DNA of 61,148 nucleotides from Trypethelium eluteriae (taxonomy: Eukaryota). Location: assembly GCA_051942245.1 (NCBI GenBank), contig JAVECL010000077.1, positions 1 to 61,148 of the forward strand, given 5' to 3'. The notes under the pieces are model-generated. The model did no database searches. It worked only from the letters and a program-made list of their open reading frames with translations, and was not told the DNA's origin. This document shows positions 51,601-61,148 of this stretch, one piece after another (the first letter of the stretch is position 1; every line of letters begins with the position of its first letter). Made by a program: the position numbers and the translations under genes.

Positions 51601-51902
51601 CCGGTGGATCTGGACCTCTTGGGGCTCAAGAGCTTCAAGTCAACGGATACTGTGAGCTCAGTTAAGACGATAGATATCCATGTTGGCTGCGCAAAGGTCG
51701 GCCGATGCAAGGACCAGCCTAGGCCTCTGATATCAATTCGGATACCCTCCTTTGGCGAAAAGGAAATGCGGCGCAAGCTAGAAAAACCGATTCGCTGGAT
51801 GGACACGCCAGTGATGACTCTTAAGATAGCAAAGAGGAGAAAAGTGCCTAAGTAGAAGAGTAGAGCAGCAGCCAACAAGAAGTAGAGGCTAGGGATTTGC
51901 AT
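42631..51902 (-). CDS. FMP27: Bridge-like lipid transfer protein FMP27/Hobbit (BLTP2), ~3000 aa; introns 47641-47584 and 42764-42698
   Basis: N-terminal TM anchor with RVITGVSIQRIG, EDDPFEWKL, LRDYPLP, GFWDKIRL, LKG|SRDPY, YDAYRGFRS, SWPPW, EYRNKTWSNLDL; spliced tail STSRKSKLLLGSKKFL. Confidence 0.93.
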
Positions 51903-53423
51903 GGCAGCAGTGGTAGCCACAGAAGCATGGCTGTACGCGGCCTCCTCCAGGCAAGCGCGCTGCTCTCGCGCAGCCGGATCTTGTGTTATCGGTCCCGAGT
52001 AAGATGGTAATGAGCAGCATGGATCCACGCGATCAAGCCCATGAGGATAGGTTAGTTGTGCGAGTCCTTGAAGTGAAATGGGAGGAGGATCATTCGAAGC
52101 ACGCAGAATGAGGTAAGCGAAAGGTATCCGCTTGCTGATGGGTCACCGGCGTACGTTTCGACCTCTTTTGGACTAGCGCAGCTGCCGTCGTACCATTCTA
52201 CGTAATTGCCTCAAAAATAAATGATTGACTTGCATGAGCACTCTGCGACCCTCGGACAACGTGCTTCTCCGACTTTCTCTCCGAGCTCATAGTCTTGCAA
52301 GTTGTCGAGAGCAGTAGCCGCAGGTCGAGAATCGTCGAACGACACAATCGTCTATGTCGATCTATCTATTATTGGGTGCACCGGGTGATTGTACGACCGG
52401 TGTTTAGGCCCTTGACGTTACGGGTGATCGACGGAGGCTTACTAGCCACTATCTTCGCCACTTGTATTCTACCTAATTCCCGTACATAGATTCGGAGAAT
52501 AAACCCCCTGACGATCCCGAAGTTATAGAGAACGTACGGACTACACTCACAGGGAATCCTTGTCGACAACTTTCTTTGCCAAGGCCATCCTCTGACGTGT
52601 ACTTCCAGATGGTCCAGGTCGTCCAGACTACCTGAGTTCTATCAATTGAGGTTTGCCTCGTACTTCGATCGGAAATTTGAGCTGCGAAGCCTGCATAGTG
52701 CGCCTCTTAGGAGACCCTAAAGATCTATCTGCTCTTTCCACACTGGGAGACCTCGTTATCACTTCTACGGCTGTTTGTCCCTCTTACGATATCTGATACT
52801 TCGGAAATGAAGTTCGCTTTGATTGAAAACGCTACTCTTAGCACTAGCTACAGACCGACAGTTGTGAAAGCAGACTACATTAGTTTGCCGCAATACATTG
52901 CGAGCAGCATTGCGGTTGAGGCTCTCATCATCGCCTGGCCAGACTGCTAAGGGCATGAGGTGCATAACGAGTCTCAGAATAGTAGTCCCATGGGCCATAG
53001 GTCCCGTCTCCGCACTAAGCATTCTACCCAAGGCCTAGATACCCACAGGCTGTTTGTTAGGGTGACCTACTTTTGCACAGAGTCTGGCTCTTGATCCATT
53101 GGCTTGGCATTTTGCCATGATCATTACACTACCACACGGTCGAGAAAGTAGAGCCATCTCATCATCAGCCACGGTCATACTCGTTCAATGACCTAATGCG
53201 CGCTTAGGAACGAGTTGTAAGGTGCGCTTCATGGAATATATGCTTGTATAGATTAATTAAACAAGTCAAATCCTAGCCAGTTCTCCCAAGTCCAAAGAAA
53301 GCTCAAATTCCTAGCTGCGCCTTGCCTCCCGACGTCGACGTTGTATTCGTATGATAAAGTATGGCTAGGTATTCGGGGAGATTACGAACACGTTGGAATG
53401 GCCCAGCAGAGCTGACTTTCCGC

Positions 53424-54260
53424 TCAAGCATTGCGAGTCCCTGCATATGTGGGATATTGATCGCTCTGTGCCTGTGTATGGACAGGACTTGGAGCATACC
53501 CTTGCTGTGGAGGTACCTCGTTGGTGGGTATCATCGCCTCTGGTGGCCCATACTTCTCAGGAGTCGGACCAGCGGCAACGTAGGTCGGTGCAGCGCCGCC
53601 TTCAAGTGCACTCGTACTGGTGGGGCGGTTATGACCACCAGCTTGACGATGCCGGTACACATATATGCTGGTCAGCACGAGAGTGACCACGTACATGACC
53701 CTACATGTCCGGATTAGTCATATTCCAAGAAGCACGTAGTAATGAGGCAACATACCAATTCACAGCCCCAGCAGCGGCATTCACAGCAAGGATGGCCCAG
53801 TACGTGGAAGAAACATAGCCGTCAGAGTAAAAGTAATAATCACGTTTCACATAATCGTAAGTATAAGTACCCGTGTATGTTGTTGCGGCGGCAATGTCAC
53901 CAGCTAATGCAGCCACCCAAGGCCAGCTGATGAGCCAGAAGATGACAAGGAAAATATCAAAGGCAAGGACAGCCCAGTAGTTGTATGCCCTAGGAGTCGC
54001 GGTCATAGCCACAAGCTCCCAGATGAGAACCGGAAGGCCGACCGCACACTAGCAGAATTGTAAGCCATTACTGTTAAAGTACACTGAGCGAACAGCCTTA
54101 CAGTGAAAATTGCAATGCAGAGAGCCACCCATGTGAGCCAGCTTTGAGCAAGACCATAAGCGGAGAGGGCAAGAACAATCACAGTCAAAACGAGTTGAAT
54201 GATACGAAAGGTAATGAACCAACTTGGGTGTAAGGGGATATGAGCTCTGCTTGAGTCCAT
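53424..54260 (-). CDS. MARVEL-like four-TM membrane protein; exons 54260-54102, 54048-53756, 53700-53424
   Basis: FRIIQLVLTVIVLALSAYG, YNYWAVLAFDIFLVIFWLISW, AAAGAVNW|VMYVVTLV, Pro/Gln/Tyr-rich tail; GT..AG introns in frame. Confidence 0.85.
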
Positions 54261-56253
54261 GGTGCTTGGGTGGGATGGTATCAGATTGGAAATTTTGCGA
54301 GCAATAGTGTTTAAGATGAGCTTCTGATCTTAAATAAAACAGGATGGGAGTCTCGGGGGCAACTTATGAAAAGGGCGCAATCTACCTGCTTTTTATCACA
54401 GCAGCCACCTCTTTCGCCATCAAGCGAGGCACGCATGTCCATTCTAATTTGAGCCTTTTGAGCCTCAAACCCTCAGCTCTTTAACTTCGCCATGCTTTCA
54501 ATCGCGCTGATCTTCCGCTCCCGAGTGCCCGTAGCTAGAGGCTAGCCGCGTTGTAGGAGAATGAGGTCCATCCAAAAAAGCCTCTTGAGCCGGGTGCGCC
54601 GCAAATTGCCGAATTGATGCAGGAGAGTTTACACTCAAGTAACCAACAGCCAATCGGGACCTTTGCCAAGCAAATCGATGCATGTGTACTCACATCAGAG
54701 CCGAAGGCGGAGGCCAAAAACAGTATAAAGAAACAAATCATCGCTTAAGAAAGCCCACTTGATCGAGGAAATTAGGTCTTGGATTTTGAGAAGGCTCCTA
54801 AGAAATTTGAGGGGCGCATCTGGCCCGAGCCACTCGGCAGGCGAGATTCATGTAAGTTCGCTTGTCGTGATCTTTTCAAACTGTACAGAGTAGGCGGGTG
54901 GAAGTTCTTAAAGTCGCGCAAACTCATGTTCTCGACCTGAACAGCTCTGATGAGCGGCGTACGGCTACTCAAGCCTGAACACAACGAGGATGGCAGTCTT
55001 CTGCTAATAGTGCCTAGCACAAAGTTGACTGCTCAGTGTCTGCTAAGAAGGTCTCGCCAGATTAGCTAGTCGCGGCGTGCCAGGTCAAGCGAAGAGGCGT
55101 CGAGCTGAGATGGATCATGGTGTTTTCGGGACTAGCATGCCGTTCACGTGATGAGCTTGTCCGTGCAAAAGGGATCAGACCCCTGGTTTCTTCCGAGAAC
55201 AGCGGAAAAGAAGAATATGGCGCGATAAGTGGGCCTGAATTATTAGATTTGTTATGCAGACCTGGCGTGGTTCGTGACCAGTTCCAGTGATAGGGCATGA
55301 TGCTTTCGCTTCAAGCCCGAAGGCGCTGACAGCACTGCACCCGCGTACCACGCACAAGCCATAATTGCACGCTTGCCCCCTTATTTGACCTACGCAAGCG
55401 GCGAAAAGTTTAGCACCGGCAACTCCCGAGCGCGGAAAACAACGCGGTGAGAGTGGAGAGAAGCACGAAGGCACGGAGGGATGGATGGTCGTACTAGATG
55501 AGAAGGGCTAACTATGCAGCTCCCACCTCGTACCCTCCCTCTCTCAAATGAGTCCCCGTAATGTCTCTGAAACAGTAGCCTGCGCTATAATGCTGAGACG
55601 TCTTGACCATGCCTTGCATGGAAAGCACAGAAGAACAGAAAAAAACGTCCCCTTCAGAAAGTTACGCTCAGTCCGTCAATACGATGTCTCTGCTGCAGTC
55701 CTCCGAGTCCAGATCGCCATGCTTGCCATTCCCACGCCTGCCGTAGCGTGACAACATCAGTGCCCTCTATCCTTCGCCCCCTCTGGAAACAAGTCAAAAT
55801 GTTCGTGTGCCAAAGCGCATCAGATGGTGTACGTTACTCGCAGTGGTAGAAAGAGCCTATTCTCGTCTCGAGTATTATCGTGAAGTGAGGGACATGGTAA
55901 GCGCGCACTCCTACTGGGTTTGTGTTCCGTTGATAAAGTCTCCATCGACTGCGAAGCTGTCCCAAGGTTTAGCTTTACGAAGAGGTCCTCGAGCTTCATC
56001 ACACGAGTCTCAACGTCTCGGTTTTGAACTTGAGATGCAGGATCTCTCCGCGATGGTTACTTACCTCCTTTTCGAGTTCTTTGATCTCTTCACTGCGTGT
56101 GTCGACCTCCTCCTCCCGTAATCTGACGATTCTGGTTTTCTGCCACACCCGGTTGTTTTCGATGGCCCGGTCCTCACAGTGTGTCGGAGAAGATCCTCTT
56201 GCAACACATCATCATGCGCGTGCAGCTCATCATCGTCATACGTCTGACCATAG

Positions 56254-56699
56254 CTGCCGCCTATACGCAGCATTCGCAGCCGCAAATCGCCACTCGCTAG
56301 CTTCGACAACATCGACGACACGCTACTCGAGATTGCAACCAAGATAGAGGATGCTGAAAATGCGAGCTACGAAGGGAACCAAAGGTATGAGCTGCTCGGG
56401 CCCGTGTTCCAAATATCGTATCAACACTCAAGATATATCTATGATCTCTGGCACGAAAGAAATGCCGTCACGAAATAGCCAGATGACTGGCTACCGAACA
56501 GTTGCCAAGTGGACGGATATCTCATCGCAAAATGGAAGAAGACGGGTTACGAAAAGTTATCCTGCCTCAAGTGCATTCAGACTGAGGAAACAGCCTCCAA
56601 TCAACCTACATCTGCCGCATTCCCAAGGCGCAGCTGGAAGAGGATCAAGTCATCGAGTATGTCGGCCGTGAATGTAGGTGCTGTTCATCTGGAGACTGC
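56254..56699 (+). pseudogene. BUD31: Decayed, intronless copy of splicing factor BUD31/G10
   Basis: (L)PPIRSIRSRK..FDNIDDTLLE..KIEDAENAS.EG..SRYIYDL...[43 protein letters not shown] replaced by CTG, TAG at 56476, frameshift near 56600, several Zn-ligand Cys lost. Confidence 0.9.
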
Positions 56700-57410
56700 A
56701 TCCCGAGCGCGTGCACCAGATGGGAGCACTACACACAGAGTGGAGCGAGGGTGGAGGGATGGATGGGTTGTACCTTACTAGGTAGATGAGAATGGCGAGC
56801 TACTAATGTCTCGGGCCGGACCGTGGCTCCGCAGCCCCTGCTTGCTCCTGCCTCACAGCGACTTCCGTTTCAACTATGTATCAGCGGAATTAGGTAGTAG
56901 TGCCTTAGGTACATGTACCGCGACTCACCTCGACGACACCAAACGCTCGGTTGACTAGTGCTAAGTCCCATTCACCAGGCCTCAACTCGGACTACTTCTA
57001 ATCAGTCCGAAATGGTAATTTTGTAGCACAAGATTTGGCCGGATGAGGGCGGACGTAAAATTCCATGGGGACTGGGGCTCGGATCAAGGGTGAGAGTCCC
57101 GTTCTAGACACTTTCGACGTAGAAAATCTCAAAGCGGATTCCACCCTATTTGAGCTCAGAGTACTGATAGACTGAAACTGAGTTTGCCTGGCCCGCGTAC
57201 GCTGACTAAGCAGAACAGGGGGTCGACCAAGATGTGAGCGCGGTAAGAAGTGAGTTGTATGCTAAATATTGCGCTACAGACCCAAGCGTCGGCCATCAGC
57301 TTAAACTTATGAGAAGATGCTTGCTGACTAGCAGGTCCTTCTGCAAGTTCTACAGAGCTTCGAAAGCACCACACTGCTATACGACCTTTCTGCGGCTTGC
57401 TCGGGTACAG

Positions 57411-59177
57411 ATGGCTGACTCTGAGGATGAAGATCTTAAGCTTGCTATTGCACTATCGTTGGAGCAGTCTCAATCCAATGCGGCTCGGCCTACAAACTTC
57501 ATTCCAGCCAGCCAGACGTCCCCGTTAGAGCAGGAGGTCAAGTCCTCGTCGCCTCAGTCTCGCACAAACAGCACCGATGCCGCTGTTGCTAGAAGTCACG
57601 ACTTCCGGGAGGCCTCCGGACTTTCGCAACTGGATCGCAAAGCTATGGAGAAAGAACGACTAGCACGAATAGCTGCTCGAACGCGCCAGAGATCCATTTC
57701 TCCGCCTGAATTAACACGCAATTCCGAGAGACCAAACAAGACCCGTAGATTGAACTGCGGACACCCAAGCTCTCCCGTCAAGAATAACGGACTTCCTGAC
57801 ACCCAATCTGACACATATACTTCCGCACCTCTCCAGTACCCAGCCGGCATCGTTAAAAGAACCTGGGCCCTTGGACATGCGCGGTCTAACGACATCAAAA
57901 TCGAAGAAGTCCTCCAATCCGACTCAGTCCGCATTGCTGTGCTCAGTGCTTTCCAGTGGGATACCGAATGGCTACTCGATAAGATCAACGCCTCCAGGAC
58001 TAAATTTGTCCTCGTGATGCAGGCCAAGGAGGAGGCCCAGCGACAGGAATACCTTCGCGAGACCCAGAACTGGCCACATGTACGGCTGTGCTTCCCGCCA
58101 ATGCTGGGCCAGGTATCGTGCATGCACTCGAAGCTGATGCTACTGTTCCACGCAGAGTATCTGCGCGTGGTGGTACCGAGTGCGAACCTGGTGCCGTACG
58201 ATTGGGGCGAGACTGGAGTGATGGAGAATTCCGTATTCCTTATCGATTTGCCCCGGTTATCGGACAATCAGCGGATGGTGAGGGGAGAACTTACGCCGTT
58301 TGGGGAAGAGCTGATGTATTTTGTTGACGCGATGGGGATGCAGGAGGATGTAAAGGAGGGGCTACTGAAGTTCGATTTTGAGAAGACGAAGCATTTAGGG
58401 TTCGTGCATACGATTGGAGGTGCCCATTTGGGTGAGAAGGGGAAGCGGACAGGCTTTCCAGGGCTGGGTCGTGTCGTAAGGTCCTTGGGCGTACAGACGG
58501 AGGATCCAATTCATATCGATTTCGCGGCATCGTCCATCGGTTCGCTGAATGATGGCTTCCTCAGGACAATATACAATGCCGCAAAAGGGCAAGAAGACGG
58601 GAGCGGAGCCCCTTCCAGTGGTGGAAAGCGCTCGAAATCCGACTTCTTCGGAAAAACATCAACGATCAAGAGCCAACCTGCTGAGGAGATGAAAGATTAC
58701 TTCAGAGTGTATTTTCCGACGGACGAAACTGTCCACCGCAGTACCGGGGGCCCAAATAATGGCGGCACGATTTGCTTGCAATCGAAATGGTATGATGCGG
58801 CTACATTTCCTCGGGAGATCATGCGCGATTACCAATCCAAGAGAAGAGGCCTGCTGAGTCACAATAAGATTATGTACGTACGTGGCCAGCAGTATGGAGA
58901 GGGTGATGCAAAGAGGCCTATAGCTTGGGCATACATGGGCAGTGCGAACCTTTCAGAAAGTGCCTGGGGCAAGAAAGTCACGGATCGGGCGACAAAGCAG
59001 GCAAAGCTCACTGCCAGAAATTGGGAATGCGGAGTAGTCATTCCTATGCCAATGGACACCTCAGGAGTTTCGGCAGGAGCCTTGGACATGAATGTGTTCA
59101 AGGATATCATTGGACTTCCCTTTGAAATCCCCGGACAGGATTACGGTGAGAAAAGGCCTTGGTTTTTCATGGGGTGA
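57411..59177 (+). CDS. TDP1: Tyrosyl-DNA phosphodiesterase 1 family protein with an N-terminal UIM
   Basis: Two HxK motifs (MHSKLMLL..SANL; SHNKIMY..GSANLSESAWG), RNWECGV, PWF end; EDEDLKLAIALSLEQ UIM. Confidence 0.92.
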   Translation: MADSEDEDLKLAIALSLEQSQSNAARPTNFIPASQTSPLEQEVKSSSPQSRTNSTDAAVARSHDFREASGLSQLDRKAMEKERLARIAARTRQRSISPPELTRNSERPNKTRRLNCGHPSSPVKNNGLPDTQSDTYTSAPLQYPAGIVKRTWALGHARSNDIKIEEVLQSDSVRIAVLSAFQWDTEWLLDKINASRTKFVLVMQAKEEAQRQEYLRETQNWPHVRLCFPPMLGQVSCMHSKLMLLFHAEYLRVVVPSANLVPYDWGETGVMENSVFLIDLPRLSDNQRMVRGELTPFGEELMYFVDAMGMQEDVKEGLLKFDFEKTKHLGFVHTIGGAHLGEKGKRTGFPGLGRVVRSLGVQTEDPIHIDFAASSIGSLNDGFLRTIYNAAKGQEDGSGAPSSGGKRSKSDFFGKTSTIKSQPAEEMKDYFRVYFPTDETVHRSTGGPNNGGTICLQSKWYDAATFPREIMRDYQSKRRGLLSHNKIMYVRGQQYGEGDAKRPIAWAYMGSANLSESAWGKKVTDRATKQAKLTARNWECGVVIPMPMDTSGVSAGALDMNVFKDIIGLPFEIPGQDYGEKRPWFFMG

Positions 59178-59923
59178 CAGGTAAGGACGCAGCTATGGCT
59201 TGCTGATAAATGTCACCACTGAGTATTGGTATCACCTATACAAATTTCCAACTTTTTGTGCATTGTCACATTCAAAGAGCAATCCAGCGCCAAGCATTTG
59301 CCAGGGATGGGCGAGGACATTCGTCAGTCCTCAATGTCTGCTGCCTGGATAGCATCTTTGCTTATTGCTTTAGCGATGGTAACCCAGCTTGATGCAAGTG
59401 GAAGACCAGCGCAAGTATGGGAGGGCTGGAAATAGTGGAAACTCTGAAATTGCATGCCAGGTTTGAGAGAAGGGGTCTTGAGGGCATCACTACTTATCTA
59501 ACAAGCAAAACGACTGCAAGCAAAGTCACGCTCATAATGGAGTGGAGAGAATAAGCAGAAGCGATGACAGAAGATATCAGAACAAGGAGTCGACAAGCTG
59601 CATAATTTCTCTCCGCGAACGCGTGGTGTCCCCCTTATTGGCATGCAAAATACCCAACACAGCGGGTTCGTGAGTACGAGGGTTCTGAGTCAGAAGTCAT
59701 TAGAAGCGTAATAGGGAGAATTATGCTGTCCCTGTTTAGGATAGGTGTCATTACCAGCAATATTGTTCCCCAACCTTATCCCAGGATTACACGTACGATG
59801 CGTGCCCCACCAAGCCACACGTCACGTCAATTGACGACGATTTCACTGCTGCCTGATGGGTTGTAAACACTCCGTTCTGAATCTCCTAAATATACTTCCT
59901 TCAAGCTGGCCACCTTGAACCAG

Positions 59924-61148
59924 ATGCGTTCCGCTTCACAAGCACCACCGCTGGCGACTGCCCCAATGCACACTTTACCCACCTCTCCCATCGTCCAGAG
60001 CCCGATAAATGGAGAATCTAGAGCTTCCCAGCTACCCCTGAATCTAATTGCACTAATCATCACATATGTGAGCAATACCTATTCCTATTGCAAAAGAAGA
60101 AGCTCACTTTTCGGTATTCAGATTGACGATGTCGCCGATCTCGCACGTGTCACTCGTACTTCTCGCGTCCTTCACTACATGACCATCCCTCGACTCTATG
60201 AAAACGTAACTCTTCGTTCATACGACAGTATTCGATATGTCGATGGTCGGCCGGAAGGATTTGGGAGCGGAAGCCCGTTTGCCATGGCGCTGAATGGGCT
60301 GGTGACCAGGAGTGTTACGGACTACATAAAACATTTCCGGCTGTGGGGAGACTGGAAAGAAGCAGACGTACAAAATTTAGCTAAGGGAAGAATACCCGAC
60401 AGTTCTTTACTGCTCAATGTTGCAGTCCGAGCGGCAATAGACAAGATGCCGATGCTGGAATCCTTCAGGTACGATGGGTATCTACATGGAAGCACTCCTG
60501 CTCAAACTGACGGCGCAATAGCTGGGAACTCAGTACGAAACCCCTGAAGACCGTCTATCAAGGCCTCGCTGCGCGTTCTTCCCTTCGTGCTCTCAAGATA
60601 CGCTTTCCTTCGACCCGCATGCCCCGCCCGACTGCTATAATACCACCGATGCCAAACCTCCGTTCCTTCACTGCACTTGACATTGACCCTTTATGCTACC
60701 CTGACGACATGTCCGTATTCTTATCGCAGTCCAAAAAACTCGAGTCTCTCGTTCTCCACTTCCACCCACGCATCCGGGAAAAGGCAGAACCCAGTATCAG
60801 CCTGGACGCGATATTTGGACTATGCGCGGGCACCAAGCAACCTTTGAGGCTCCGTCATTTTGCGCTACACAATCTCTACGCTGCCATGAACAGGCATCTT
60901 CACCAAGCAATCGTCACGGACACTCTGGAATCCGAAACCATGCTCAACTGCGGCGGCACCTCCAACGAAAACCCCATGACCGTCTTCCTCGACGAGACCT
61001 GGCGCCTCTGCGAGCCCGACACCCCTCCCCTTAACCTCAAACAATTCCGCTGCGACTTCATCGACAAATCCTTCCCGCGCTTCCTCGCCGAAATGCCGTC
61101 CCTCGAGCGCATCTACCTCGTCTCCGCCCGACGGCAACCCAGCAACAG
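59924..61148 (+). CDS. F-box-like/LRR-like fungal protein, truncated by the window edge; introns about 60068-60121 and 60469-60521
   Basis: QLPLNLIALIITY|IDDVADLARVTRTSRVLHYMTIPRLYENVTL...F|SWELSTKPLKTVYQGL..IDPLCYPDD; frame open to the end. Confidence 0.75.

Overview
Gene-dense, intron-containing fungal genomic DNA from a filamentous ascomycete (Pezizomycotina; GT..AG introns of about 50-80 nt with CTRAC branch sites). Core genes recognised by motif: ornithine decarboxylase antizyme with a +1 frameshift at GUU-UGA, HRP1-like two-RRM protein, GYP1-type TBC GAP, MED4, NCS1/frequenin, TM9SF/EMP70, PPM1, RPB5, MAE1-type dicarboxylate channel, mitochondrial 1-Cys peroxiredoxin, OSTalpha/TMEM184, FMP27/Hobbit lipid-transfer protein, MARVEL protein, TDP1. 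Accessory content: an orphan UstYa/DUF3328 oxidase, a CFEM protein, a GPI-type aspartic protease, a PTH11-like receptor with an A9 frameshift, and an intronless decayed BUD31 copy. The most unusual structure is a family of ~186-bp near-perfect hairpin elements (3 full copies, 2 half copies, 1 end fragment). Four of them sit in a 3.5-kb block (29.7-33.2 kb) bracketed by a 27-bp direct repeat and carrying gene-like cargo. One copy has its central loop flipped relative to its arms. All calls were made by eye, with no database searches, so exon boundaries and family names need confirmation.
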